A stretch of 64,000 nt of DNA from Sphingomonadales bacterium (lineage in GTDB: Bacteria > Pseudomonadota > Alphaproteobacteria > Sphingomonadales > Sphingomonadaceae), in contig JAYUAU010000098.1 in NCBI GenBank assembly GCA_043741135.1, forward strand, positions 17,368 through 81,367. Reading direction: 5' to 3'. Below the pieces are notes generated by a model that saw only the letters and a program-made list of their open reading frames with translations, searched no databases and was not told the origin of the DNA. Position numbers and translations under genes: made by a program. The first letter of the stretch is position 1; each line of letters begins with the position of its first letter. Positions 1-9,367 of the stretch are shown here, in pieces.

Positions 1-887
1 CTGTCCGATACGCTCGCGAACCATGCGCCTTGCATCACGGGCGACTGTGACAGCGAGCTTTCAGTGTTCCATAGCTCAGTGCCAATGATCTTAGCCTTTG
101 CCCCACCACTGCGCCGAATGATGGGAACCGCTTGCAGCGCGACGCGACCTGAGTCAGCAATCAACACAGCATCATAAGCCGAAGATTGCGCCATTTTGTT
201 AATCGCTGCGGTGATTGATCCAGCACTACGATCAAAGCTTTGCATCGAAACGACTTGCCCGCCTGCGGTTTGCACAGAGCGAAGCAAGGCAGCGGATGCA
301 CGCTGTCCGTATAGCCCGTTTGGAATTAGCCCCGCAAAGCGCGTCATGCCCGCCGCGCGCGCATAGCCAACGACACGGTCAATTGACTGTGTGGGAACAA
401 ACCCCATCAAATAAGTACCATTGCCTGCGACTGATATATCGTTTGAAAAACTAATGAGCGGGATTTTCGCGGCCCGACCTACGATTGACACCGCGCGAAC
501 ATCTTCAGCAAGCAGAGGGCCGAGGATCAATTTATTCCCGTCCGCAATCGCCTTTTGTGCAGCAGCGGTTGCGCCTGTCGCGGTATCATAAGTCGTAATG
601 CGCACCGTCTTGCCGCCAGTATCAAGCACCGCCATCGTGGCTGAATTCGCAATCGCTTCGCCAACGCCGGCATTCGCGCCAGACATTGGCACAAGCAGCG
701 CAATCCGGTGCCGCGCAACGTCAGTTGGCAATTGCGGCGTTGAGTCTTCGATGACCGGTGGGGGGGCTTCAACGGTCTTTGGCGGCCCCTTGGGCACAAC
801 GGCACAACCGGCAAGGATTGAAAGTGCGCCAATCACAAGCCATTGCTTTAACCTGCGCGGCTGATTGATAATATTTGCCTCTATCAT
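1..887 (-). CDS. LpoA-like penicillin-binding protein activator / type-1 periplasmic-binding-fold lipoprotein (C-terminus outside window)
   Basis: Frame is open from the window edge up to ATG at 887-885, so there is no stop in the window and it is absent from the ORF track. N-terminus MIEANIINQPRRLKQWLVIGALSILAGC carries a lipobox. The body (IALLVPMSGANAGVGEAIANSATMAV, GYARAAGMTRFAGLIP) resembles the LivK/LpoA binding fold. Divergent from rsmI. Confidence 0.6.
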   Translation of the reverse strand, partial: MIEANIINQPRRLKQWLVIGALSILAGCAVVPKGPPKTVEAPPPVIEDSTPQLPTDVARHRIALLVPMSGANAGVGEAIANSATMAVLDTGGKTVRITTYDTATGATAAAQKAIADGNKLILGPLLAEDVRAVSIVGRAAKIPLISFSNDISVAGNGTYLMGFVPTQSIDRVVGYARAAGMTRFAGLIPNGLYGQRASAALLRSVQTAGGQVVSMQSFDRSAGSITAAINKMAQSSAYDAVLIADSGRVALQAVPIIRRSGGAKAKIIGTELWNTESSLSQSPVMQGAWFASVSD

Positions 888-1737
888 GGACCCCACCCTT
901 ATGAACTCTACTCTTGAAGCTGGTCTTTACATCGTTGCGACACCAATCGGCAATCTTTCCGATATCAGCGCGCGCGCGGCGCAGATTTTAGGTGCCGCTA
1001 ATGTGATCGCGGTCGAGGATAGCCGCGTCACGGCAAAGCTGTTGCGTCATCTTGGGATCAAGACGCCGATGCTGCCCTATCATGATCATAGTGGTGAACA
1101 TGTTCGCCCTGCACTGATCGCAAGAATGGCCAATGAAATCATAGCGTTAGTGAGCGATGCAGGCACGCCGCTTATCTCTGATCCGGGCTATAAACTCGTC
1201 CGTGATGCGCGTGCGGCGGGTCAAAATGTGGTGACGATTCCAGGGCCTTGCGCTGCCATTGCGGCGCTCACACTTGCTGGCTTACCCACTGATCGCTTTT
1301 TCTTTTTGGGCTTTCTACCCCCCAAAGAAAAAGCGCGCAGGGATACGATTGAGGAGGTGAAGGCCATCCGCGCGACGCTTATCCTTTACGAATCGGGGCC
1401 GCGACTCGGAGCAACCCTCGCAGCGTTAGCAGCGGGCCTTGGTGATCGCGAAGCGGGGGTCGCGCGTGAGATGACTAAGAGGTTCGAAGAGTGCATCACG
1501 GGCAGCCTAACCGAGCTAGCCGCACGCTATGAAGCCGCCCCGCCTAAAGGTGAGATTGTGATCATCGTCGCGCCGCCTAGAGACGCAGCGCTTCCAAGCG
1601 AAGCCGAAGCCGATGGAGCGCTTGCCGAAGCGCTCACCCGCCTATCGCCAGCGCGCGCGGCCGGTGAAGTTGCCAAAGCATTGAAGCTTGATCGACGAAG
1701 CCTTTATGACCGCGCCATGGCGCTTCAAGGCAAATGA
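886..1737 (+). CDS. rsmI: 16S rRNA (cytidine1402-2'-O)-methyltransferase RsmI
   Basis: LYIVATPIGNLSDIS, VEDSRVT, SDAGTPLISDPGY and TIPGPCA motifs are typical of RsmI. Start is ambiguous (TTG 865, ATG 886 or ATG 901). ATGA overlap with the next gene. Confidence 0.9.
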   Translation: MDPTLMNSTLEAGLYIVATPIGNLSDISARAAQILGAANVIAVEDSRVTAKLLRHLGIKTPMLPYHDHSGEHVRPALIARMANEIIALVSDAGTPLISDPGYKLVRDARAAGQNVVTIPGPCAAIAALTLAGLPTDRFFFLGFLPPKEKARRDTIEEVKAIRATLILYESGPRLGATLAALAAGLGDREAGVAREMTKRFEECITGSLTELAARYEAAPPKGEIVIIVAPPRDAALPSEAEADGALAEALTRLSPARAAGEVAKALKLDRRSLYDRAMALQGK

Positions 1738-2084
1738 ACCGCGCCCACGCCGAAGCCTTTGGGCGCTGGGGTGAACGGCGGGCGGCATTGTGGCTGCAGC
1801 TTCACGGTTGGCGTATCATCGCGCGCCGCGTGAAGGTGCGCGCGGGAGAAATTGATCTGATCGCGCGGCGCTGGAGAACAACCGCCTTCATCGAAGTGAA
1901 GGCCCGCTCTAACCCAGCCGACCTTGATCTAGCGATTGACGAATATCGGATACGCCGGGTGGCAGCCGCGGTAAATGCGGTATCGCACAAATATGCGCGT
2001 CCCACTGATGATATAAGAATCGATATCATGCTGATCGCGCCGCGCCGCTGGCCACGCCATTTGGTCAATGTCTGGCATGGGTAA
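1734..2084 (+). CDS. YraN family (UPF0102) endonuclease-like protein
   Basis: 116 aa. GEIDLIA...FIEVKAR is the PD-(D/E)xK signature of the YraN family. Conserved position after rsmI. Confidence 0.85.
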   Translation: MNRAHAEAFGRWGERRAALWLQLHGWRIIARRVKVRAGEIDLIARRWRTTAFIEVKARSNPADLDLAIDEYRIRRVAAAVNAVSHKYARPTDDIRIDIMLIAPRRWPRHLVNVWHG

Positions 2085-2157
2085 ACAAGTTGTACCAAGA
2101 GGTGACAATCAAGATAGGGTCGCTTAGAGCGCAGCACTTGCTAACAGGAAGTCAATC

Positions 2158-3111
2158 ATGTCGCTCAAAATCGCCTTTCAGATGGACCCGATCGAAAATA
2201 TCGGGATTGCGGGCGATTCGAGCTTTGCGCTGATGCTGTCTGGCCAGGCCCGCGGGTATCAGCTGTTTCACTACGCTGTTGATGATCTAACGTGGGACAA
2301 GGGGCGGCTGTGGACTTACGCTAGGCCTGTGACTGTGAAGCACGAAGCCGGGAATCACTTTACTGCGGGCGCGCCCGTTTTGCTCGATCTCGGGCGTGAT
2401 GTTGATGTCGTGTGGATGCGGCAGGACCCGCCGTTTGACTTAAGCTACATCACCGCGACGCATTTGCTTGAGCGGATCAGTGGCGAAACGCTTGTGGTCA
2501 ATGATCCGTCGAGCGTTCGAAATGCGCCGGAGAAATTGTTCGTGCTTGATTATGCGCGCTTCATGCCGCCAACAATGATCACGCGCTCACTAGGTGCCAC
2601 GCGCAAATTTCTTGCTGAACACGGAGAGATAGTGATCAAGCCGCTCCACGGTAACGGCGGTAAGGCGATCTTCAAAGTGGGCAGTGACGGCGCTAACCTT
2701 TCTGCGCTGATCGAAGTTTTCAACAATGCCTATGTCGAACCGCATATGGTGCAGGCATTTTTGCCGAGTGTTGCAGCGGGTGACAAACGCATCGTATTGG
2801 TCGACGGCGTGGTGGCAGGTGCGATTAACCGCATCCCGGGCGCGGGCGAAATCAGGTCAAATCTAGCCGTTGGCGGGAGCGCGCTCAAGACCGAGCTGAC
2901 CCTTCGTGAGCAGGAAATTTGTGCCGCGATGGGGCCAGAGCTCAAAAAGCGCGGGCTGCTATTCGTTGGGATCGATGTGATTGGCGGCGAGTGGCTCACT
3001 GAGATTAACGTGACATCGCCCACCGGTATCGTTGCGATTGATAAGTTTAACGGCACCGACACTGCCGCGATGATCTGGGATGCGATTGAAGCACGGCTGA
3101 CCGCGCGATGA
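2158..3111 (+). CDS. gshB: glutathione synthetase
   Basis: 317 aa. N-terminal MDPIENI..DSSFALM, then the ATP-grasp region IVIKPLHGNGGKAIF and EINVTSPTG. Confidence 0.9.
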   Translation: MSLKIAFQMDPIENIGIAGDSSFALMLSGQARGYQLFHYAVDDLTWDKGRLWTYARPVTVKHEAGNHFTAGAPVLLDLGRDVDVVWMRQDPPFDLSYITATHLLERISGETLVVNDPSSVRNAPEKLFVLDYARFMPPTMITRSLGATRKFLAEHGEIVIKPLHGNGGKAIFKVGSDGANLSALIEVFNNAYVEPHMVQAFLPSVAAGDKRIVLVDGVVAGAINRIPGAGEIRSNLAVGGSALKTELTLREQEICAAMGPELKKRGLLFVGIDVIGGEWLTEINVTSPTGIVAIDKFNGTDTAAMIWDAIEARLTAR

Positions 3112-3707
3112 GCCAATGGATTATCGATCTGATCAACCAGTCGGGCTATCTCGGCGTTGGGTTTCTGATGTTTCTTGAAACTGTTTTTCCGCCGATCCCC
3201 TCAGAAGTCATCATGCCCGTGGCAGGCCTTGCTGCCGCACGTGGGAAAATGGATGTCTTTGCTGTAATCGCCAGCGGCACCGCGGGCGCGATGCTTGGTA
3301 ATTACTTCTGGTATTTCGCCGCGCGCGTGATTGATATCAAGCGGTTCAAGCCGTTCATCCTTCGCTTTGGCCGTTGGTTGACGCTTGATTGGCATGAAAT
3401 TGAGCGTGCGGAAAAACTGTTTGGCACGCGCGGATGGGCTATTGTTTTCTTTGGCAGGATGCTGCCAACTTTGCGCTCGCTCATCTCAATTCCCGCAGGG
3501 TTGCTCCACATGCGGCTATCGACCTTCATGCTCTGGTCAACGCTGGGCACTGCAATTTGGACAGCGTCGCTTGCGCTCGGCGGCTACATTCTTGGCCAAC
3601 ATTTTAGCCGAATTGAGACGATCATCGGCCCGCTTTCGATTGCGGTGATGGGCGCGATCATAGTGACTTATGTGTGGCGGCTGTCGCGGTGGCGGCCTGC
3701 GCAATGA
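3108..3707 (+). CDS. DedA family inner-membrane protein
   Basis: 199 aa, multi-TM. GYLGVGFLMFLETVFPPIPSEVIMPVAG is the DedA/SNARE-associated signature. ATGA overlaps on both sides. Confidence 0.85.
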   Translation: MSQWIIDLINQSGYLGVGFLMFLETVFPPIPSEVIMPVAGLAAARGKMDVFAVIASGTAGAMLGNYFWYFAARVIDIKRFKPFILRFGRWLTLDWHEIERAEKLFGTRGWAIVFFGRMLPTLRSLISIPAGLLHMRLSTFMLWSTLGTAIWTASLALGGYILGQHFSRIETIIGPLSIAVMGAIIVTYVWRLSRWRPAQ

Positions 3708-4561
3708 AGGTGCCCTTTTCGCTTCCAAGTTTTGATCTTGATGCCTTCGTGGCGGCAACACTTGCTGAAGATTTGGGGCCGACTGGTCGTGACGTGACGT
3801 CGGAATCAGTCATCCCAGCGACCGCGCAATTTGCCGGAACGATGGATAGTCGCGATGCCATCGTCGTCGCTGGTTTGCCGATTGCAGTGGCATTTTTCGC
3901 ACATCTTGATCCTGCGATGGAGATTGATGTGTTCGCTCAAGACGGTGCGAGCGTTGCCAAGGGGAGCGATTTGCTGCGGCTGCGCGGGAATGCGCGCGCG
4001 ATGCTCACCGCCGAGCGCTCAGCGCTCAACACCGTGCAGCATCTCTCGGGCATCGCGACGATGACACGGGGCTATGTTGAGGCAATTGCGGGCACCGGAT
4101 GCACTTTGCTTGATACGCGCAAGACGATCCCGGGACTGCGCGTCCTTGAAAAATATGCCACGCGGATGGGCGGCGCGACTAATCACCGGATGGGATTGTG
4201 GGACGCTGCGATGATCAAGGATAATCACGTTGCGGTGGCTGGCGGGGTCGCACAAGCGGTTGAGCGCGCGAAGGCCGCTGGGGTTGAACGCATCATCCTT
4301 GAGGTTGACCGGCTCGCGCAGATTGAGCCGGGACTGGCGGCGGGTGCAACGCACCTTTTGCTCGATAATATGGATGTTGCGATGCTCCGTGAGGCGGTTG
4401 CGATCATCTCGGGACGCGTGCCGACCGAAGCCAGCGGCGGCGTGACGCTCGAAACGATCCGCGCAAAGGCCGCCACCGGCGTGACTTACATTTCGGTGGG
4501 GCGCCTCACCCAGTCTGCGCCCGCCGCTGACATTGGGCTGGACTTTTCAATCAGTTCCTAA
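3704..4561 (+). CDS. nadC: nicotinate-nucleotide pyrophosphorylase (carboxylating), quinolinate phosphoribosyltransferase
   Basis: LAEDLGPTGRDVTS, ERSALNTVQHLSGIAT, LLDTRKTIPGLR and MIKDNH motifs. ATG 3704 overlaps the dedA stop (ATGA). The ORF-track start at 3674 is probably too long. Confidence 0.9.
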   Translation: MKVPFSLPSFDLDAFVAATLAEDLGPTGRDVTSESVIPATAQFAGTMDSRDAIVVAGLPIAVAFFAHLDPAMEIDVFAQDGASVAKGSDLLRLRGNARAMLTAERSALNTVQHLSGIATMTRGYVEAIAGTGCTLLDTRKTIPGLRVLEKYATRMGGATNHRMGLWDAAMIKDNHVAVAGGVAQAVERAKAAGVERIILEVDRLAQIEPGLAAGATHLLLDNMDVAMLREAVAIISGRVPTEASGGVTLETIRAKAATGVTYISVGRLTQSAPAADIGLDFSISS

Positions 4562-4594
4562 TATGTTCCGATTCGGTTGATGGGGATTTGAACA

Positions 4595-5290
4595 ATGATT
4601 CGGTTCTTGATTGGGTATCTTCTGTCGTTTGTTTTGGCGTCTGCGGCGTGGGCGCAAAGCTGCAACATTCCGGCCACCTTGCCGATGCCAAAGATTGAGA
4701 CGGTTCCCTCAGATGCGGTTCGCAATACTCAAGTTACGGGGCATATCCTTGCGCTGTCATGGTCTCCGCAATTTTGCCGTACGCATTCGGGTGAACGCTT
4801 TGCATCGCAGTGCGGGGCTGAACGTTTTGGCTTCATCCTGCACGGGCTTTGGCCTGATGGCGCTGGCTCTGCCAATCCGCAGTGGTGCATACCCGTTGCA
4901 GCGGTTCCTGCCGAGGTTGCACGCAAAAGCTTTTGTGCAACACCCTCGGTTGATCTGCAACAGCATGAATGGGCAAAGCACGGCAGTTGCGTAACCAGCG
5001 ATCCCGCCACTTATTTTCGCGCAGCAACGGGCTTGTTTGCTGCGATCAAGCAGCCTGATATGGACAAGTTATCGCGCGCGCGGCCGAACGTTGCTGATTT
5101 TACGACGGCGTTCATCGCGGCAAATCGGGGGCTTCGTGCTGATATGATCCGCATAACCACCGGTAAAGGCGGTTGGCTTGAGGAGGTGCGGATCTGCCTC
5201 GACAAAAACTATCACACCGTGCGCTGCCCGCGCGATATAGGCAGCGCGTCGCCGCGCTCGGCGCTCAAAATCTGGCGTGCGGTGAAGTAG
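4595..5290 (+). CDS. secreted ribonuclease T2 family protein
   Basis: Signal peptide (LASAAWAQ). The two RNase T2 active-site blocks are present: FILHGLWP and HEWAKHGSC. Confidence 0.8.
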   Translation: MIRFLIGYLLSFVLASAAWAQSCNIPATLPMPKIETVPSDAVRNTQVTGHILALSWSPQFCRTHSGERFASQCGAERFGFILHGLWPDGAGSANPQWCIPVAAVPAEVARKSFCATPSVDLQQHEWAKHGSCVTSDPATYFRAATGLFAAIKQPDMDKLSRARPNVADFTTAFIAANRGLRADMIRITTGKGGWLEEVRICLDKNYHTVRCPRDIGSASPRSALKIWRAVK

Positions 5291-5293
5291 GCA

Positions 5294-5764
5294 TCACTGA
5301 TCAATAATCACTGATTTGGGGTGGTGACGATCAAGATGCTTTTTGATGATCTTCAAATTACGCGTGTTTGACCGAAAGAAGAAATCAGGCACCGCACCAA
5401 TCCACGGAATAGCGCCAAGCAGTGCATCGAACCCGATGTTGCCCGCCATCCGAACGATTGTTGATTTGGGCATACCAAGGTTGCGTGCTTCAAACGCCAA
5501 ATAACTTCCCATGATCGCCGCGATCACTGATCCGCCAACGGGAATGATGTCGAGGATGACATCAAGCCCAACGCGCTTGTTAATCCCGGGGATGACGATC
5601 AGCCCTTCAAGCAATGTCTCCAGCGCTTCGATCCGTTTGCGCACGGCAGCGGGGCTTGTTCCGGTTAACGCATCAAAGCTCGCTTTTGCGGGCTCAATCA
5701 CTTCAGGTTTCGTTACCAACTCAGGGGTTCCTTTGTATTCGATATAGCGTGCCTGCTGCATCAT
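5294..5764 (-). CDS. DUF4112 domain membrane protein
   Basis: GLDVILDIIPVGGSVIAAIMGSYLAFEA...GAIPWIGAVPDFFFRSNTRN matches DUF4112. Start taken at the internal Met (MMQQARY), because the longer ORF would overlap the upstream gene. Confidence 0.7.
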   Translation of the reverse strand: MMQQARYIEYKGTPELVTKPEVIEPAKASFDALTGTSPAAVRKRIEALETLLEGLIVIPGINKRVGLDVILDIIPVGGSVIAAIMGSYLAFEARNLGMPKSTIVRMAGNIGFDALLGAIPWIGAVPDFFFRSNTRNLKIIKKHLDRHHPKSVIIDQ

Positions 5765-5772
5765 TCCTATGG

Positions 5773-7206
5773 TCAGGGCCGCAACTGGGTGAGCGGGTGC
5801 ACCGCAAACGCGCTCGCATCGAACCTGGAGAGACGCGGCGCGACGAGCGCCCATCTGAGCGGCAATGCGAGCGGAATATAGGGTTGATTGACCGAGATGA
5901 TCGCATCGGCTTCGGTAATTCGGGCGGCGCGCTCATCAGGCGTAGGGGCGCTTAGTGCGGCCTTGAACGCTGTGTCAGAAGCCTCCGAACAGGGTAGCCC
6001 GCGCGCGCACGATAGCCGATCAAAATACCATAAGGCGCTGCTCATCGGCGCGACTTCATCGATCAATCGCAAATCAGCCGCAGCGTTCATATCGACCAAG
6101 CGTGCCTTCACCCCCACTTTAGACCAATCCGAAACGAGTGCGGCAAACAGCAGCCGCGCACCCGGTCCTTTTGGCAGCGCAACCCGCAGCACGGGCAATT
6201 TAGGCTGCTCGCTTAAGTAACGCCGCGCGCGCAGCAGCCGATCTGATAGTGATAATTGCGCCCAGTCTAGCGCTGCTGGCGGCTTGTTGCCCTCAAATGG
6301 ATCAGGCAAGATCGCATAAGACGGCCGCCAATTATTGACGCCAAAGCTCCGCACAATCCTCTCGCGGTCGATCGCCATCGCTAATGCTGCGCGCACATTG
6401 GCTACCTTTAGCGCTCCCTCCTCGCTCACAAAGGCGAGGCCAAACAGGCCGTAAGCAGGATCAACCCGAAATTCATTGGCGCTAATCTGTGCGGTGCTCG
6501 CCAGCGGTAAATCGACAAAACTGCCGCCGAGCACGAGCGCGGCATCGCGCGCTACAAATCGAGATATGGCAAGGCCTGCCGCTTCGCCGCGAATGCGAAC
6601 ATCGTCGCGCTCATTCGCAGCCACCGCTTCTTCGTCAGTGAGAATGGGTGCAAGCCGCAGCCGCGTGACGCCTTTGGCCGTCGAATGGATACGGTAAGGG
6701 CCGCTTCCCACGTTTGTTTTCGCACGAAAAAGCGCCATTTCGGGTTGGGCCAGCAATTGCAACAAAGCAGGCTGAGGTGTTTTGAGCCTGACCTGGATGA
6801 CTTGCCCCGTCATCGCAATGATCTGGTCAATATTGCCGAGCATGATTGCATGTCGTGGGTTAGCACCAATTGCCCGTCGGAGTGCCTCAACAACATCACC
6901 ACTCGTCACTTCGCGACCATCAGCCCACACTGTGCGCCGCACGCGGAAGATCAAGCTCCTGCCATCGTCAACAACAATCCACCGTTCGGCGAGTGCTGGT
7001 TGAACGCGGCCCTTAGCATCAAATCCGACTAGCCCTTGCGCAACAGCATTGCTCACGACCGCGCTCGGCGTTGTCAAACCACCAGCGCTAGGGGCACCAA
7101 CCTTAGCAGACGGGCCGATGATGCTGAGCGTAATCGCCGATAAATCATCTGATTCAGCGCAGCTACCCAAAAGCACGAGAGCCGCAAGAGCGAGGCCGCG
7201 TATCAC
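5773..7206 (-). CDS. ABC-transporter family-5 (peptide/nickel type) substrate-binding lipoprotein
   Basis: 477 aa. Lipobox LLGSC. GLVGFDAKGRVQPALAERWIVVDDGRSLIFRVRRTVWADGREVTSGDVV is the typical SBP_bac_5 N-terminal block. Confidence 0.75.
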   Translation of the reverse strand: MIRGLALAALVLLGSCAESDDLSAITLSIIGPSAKVGAPSAGGLTTPSAVVSNAVAQGLVGFDAKGRVQPALAERWIVVDDGRSLIFRVRRTVWADGREVTSGDVVEALRRAIGANPRHAIMLGNIDQIIAMTGQVIQVRLKTPQPALLQLLAQPEMALFRAKTNVGSGPYRIHSTAKGVTRLRLAPILTDEEAVAANERDDVRIRGEAAGLAISRFVARDAALVLGGSFVDLPLASTAQISANEFRVDPAYGLFGLAFVSEEGALKVANVRAALAMAIDRERIVRSFGVNNWRPSYAILPDPFEGNKPPAALDWAQLSLSDRLLRARRYLSEQPKLPVLRVALPKGPGARLLFAALVSDWSKVGVKARLVDMNAAADLRLIDEVAPMSSALWYFDRLSCARGLPCSEASDTAFKAALSAPTPDERAARITEADAIISVNQPYIPLALPLRWALVAPRLSRFDASAFAVHPLTQLRP

Positions 7207-8717
7207 TGGCTGATTATCCGCAAAGTTCGGCTCGGGTGCATATTCGCTGCATTATCACGCCAGCCACTAACGCGCGAGGCAACAAGCGATTTCGAGACAT
7301 AAAAGTATATCGGCAGGATCGGCGATTGATCAATCAGCAGCACCTCTGCTGCGCGCATCGCGTCGGCGCGCGCGCGCGGCTCAGCTATCGTCAACGCGCG
7401 GTCAAGCGCCGCATCATAATGCTTATCGGCAAAACCCGAATAGTTGATCGCGCCACCGTCACTTTTATGAACCGAAAGGAAATTTTCAGGCACTGATAGA
7501 TCGCCAATCCATCCCGAACGCGCAAGTTCGAAATCAGCACGGCGCAGGCTTGCAAAATGGAGCGAGGCTTCACTATTGAGCAAGTGCGCCTCAACGCCGA
7601 GCGGCTTCCAAAACGCGGCCAACGCAACTGATATCCGGCGATGATCAATGTCGCTGTTAAACCTGATATCAAAGCCAAGTGGCCGCGCAGGGCCATAACC
7701 CGCAGCCGCCAATAAGTGCCGCGCCACCGCGAGCCGCTTGGCACTTGGCCATTCGCTCCAGCGCGGACGGTAAGGTGAAAGCCCCGTTGTTCCGGGCGGG
7801 ATAATTCCCCAAGCGGGTGAAATTCCCGTCGCAATCAATTTGGTTGCCACCCATTCACGTTCAACGGCAAGCGAAAGTGCCAAGCGAACGCGCGGATCAT
7901 TAAAGGGAGGTTTGCGCGTGTTGAACGCAAAATAATAACTCCCGCGGTATGGCGCGATGTGAAGCTGCTTTGGATAGGCTGCCTTGATTTGCGGCAGACG
8001 TGCGGAGGGAACTTCGCCGAGGATATCAGCGGCCCCGGCTTGATACAGTCGCAGCGCCGCCAGCGTATCAGTAACCGGGCGCCACTCAATCGCAGCAATC
8101 GCGGGCGCGCCACCGTGCCAACGCGGATTTGCGCGCAGGCGGATATGATCGCTGAGCGCCCACTGTGTCAGTTGATAAGCGCCTGAGCTCACCATTGGAC
8201 GTTCGCTTGCCCAGTCGTTGCGGTGGAGCGGGAGCGCCGCCATTGCAGGATGAGCCATGAGTTCATCAAGCGAAGGGAAGGGGTGACGCAGCGTGATCAC
8301 TACGTCTTGCGCGCTTGTCGTCTTAACCGAATCGATAGCCTCGAAGAGTTCGCGCACTGGGGAGGCTGTTGCGGGGGCTTGAAGCCTTTCGAAGATAGCC
8401 GCAAATGTAGAGGCCGTAATCGGCTGGCCGTCAGAAAATGTGACCCCTGGTCTCAGCGCGAACGTCCATTGCAACCCGTCGCCCGAAATCCGCCAGCCAG
8501 ACGCAAGTCCCGCCTCAGCTTTGCCCTCAGCGTTAAACCGCGTCAGCCCTTCAAACTGATCAGCAGCTATTCGCAGCGAGGCTAGGTCTGAGATCAGTTG
8601 GGGATCAAGCCCCTTGGCCTCATCTTCGGCAACACGCACCAGTATCGCTGGATCGCGGGGTGTTGTCGCGAGCGGGCCACAACTTGTGAGCGTAAGCGAT
8701 AGCAGGCACGCGGCAAA
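7203..8717 (-). CDS. ABC-transporter family-5 substrate-binding (lipo)protein, start codon unresolved
   Basis: GLTRFNAEGKAEAGLASGWRISGDGLQWTFALRPGVTFSDGQPITA is an SBP_bac_5 block. The lipobox LTLTSC lies immediately downstream of tRNA-Leu. The ORF-track start (8813) reads through the tRNA. The first canonical in-frame start is GTG at 8639, after the lipobox. Confidence 0.7.
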   Translation of the reverse strand, partial: FAACLLSLTLTSCGPLATTPRDPAILVRVAEDEAKGLDPQLISDLASLRIAADQFEGLTRFNAEGKAEAGLASGWRISGDGLQWTFALRPGVTFSDGQPITASTFAAIFERLQAPATASPVRELFEAIDSVKTTSAQDVVITLRHPFPSLDELMAHPAMAALPLHRNDWASERPMVSSGAYQLTQWALSDHIRLRANPRWHGGAPAIAAIEWRPVTDTLAALRLYQAGAADILGEVPSARLPQIKAAYPKQLHIAPYRGSYYFAFNTRKPPFNDPRVRLALSLAVEREWVATKLIATGISPAWGIIPPGTTGLSPYRPRWSEWPSAKRLAVARHLLAAAGYGPARPLGFDIRFNSDIDHRRISVALAAFWKPLGVEAHLLNSEASLHFASLRRADFELARSGWIGDLSVPENFLSVHKSDGGAINYSGFADKHYDAALDRALTIAEPRARADAMRAAEVLLIDQSPILPIYFYVSKSLVASRVSGWRDNAANMHPSRTLRIISQ

Positions 8718-8719
8718 TA

Positions 8720-8806
8720 TGGTGCGGACGGCGGGAATTGAACCCGCATTTCCAAAAGGAAGGCAGATTTTAAGTCTGCTGCGTCTACCGATTTCGCCAC
8801 GTCCGC
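8720..8806 (-). tRNA. tRNA-Leu (anticodon TAA), long variable arm, CCA encoded
   Basis: Hand-folded. Acceptor GCGGACG/CGTCCGC, anticodon stem GCAGA/TCTGC with loop CTTAAAA, variable stem TTCC/GGAA, T-arm GCGGG-TTCAATT-CCCGC, then A-CCA. Confidence 0.9.
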
Positions 8807-8848
8807 AGGCCATATCCCCTCTGGGAGCCGCAAACCGTATACGTCAAG

Positions 8849-9127
8849 CTAAACGTTCAAGCGCTCACGAATTTCTTTGCCTGGTTTGAAATAGGGAACC
8901 CGTTTTGCGTCGATCTCAACACTTTCACCCGTGCGGGGATTACGCCCCGTGCGCGATGCACGTTCGCGCGTTGAAAAGGCACCAAAGCCGCGAAGTTCAA
9001 CGCGGCCACCCTTGGTCAGATGGTCAGAAATCGTGCCGAACACAATATTCACAATCGTCTCAATGTCACGCTGGTTAAGCCCAGGATGCAATAAAGATAA
9101 TGATTGAACCAATTCAGAACGGATCAC
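8849..9127 (-). CDS. ihfB: integration host factor subunit beta
   Basis: 92 aa. MIRSELV...[44 protein letters not shown] is a canonical HU/IHF-beta sequence. Confidence 0.9.
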   Translation of the reverse strand: MIRSELVQSLSLLHPGLNQRDIETIVNIVFGTISDHLTKGGRVELRGFGAFSTRERASRTGRNPRTGESVEIDAKRVPYFKPGKEIRERLNV

Positions 9128-9291
9128 GGATCACCCCCAACAGCGCTGCATTCAACAAGATTGCCACTCCCCGCGAGCAACAGCCACATCCAGATGATAG
9201 CCATACACGGCAATATCAAACAGATGATCACAACACTTGAAAGGCTAATTCCCGCGAAACTATAAAAAAAGCAAGCAAAATGCTCAAAGCA

Positions 9292-9317
9292 AAGGGGCCG
9301 AACGTGAGTTCGACCCC
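9292..9317 (-). terminator. probable rho-independent terminator of rpsA
   Basis: Hairpin with 11-bp arms (one mismatch/wobble), AGGGGTCGAAC-TCAC-GTTCGGCCCCT on the minus strand, followed by a T-rich tract (TTGCTTTG...TTTTGCTTGCTTTTTTT). Lies 50 bp after the rpsA stop. Confidence 0.5.
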
Positions 9318-9367
9318 TCAGGAATGAAAGAAACAAATAAGTTCAGGTGGTTAAACGCTGCGCTAAC

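Noticed and set aside
9124-9336. 70-aa hydrophobic ORF between rpsA and ihfB.
   Set aside because: Its first 25 codons are the rpsA terminator hairpin and T-tract. The composition is Cys/Phe-rich and there is no RBS. It is most likely non-coding spacer or the ihfB promoter region.
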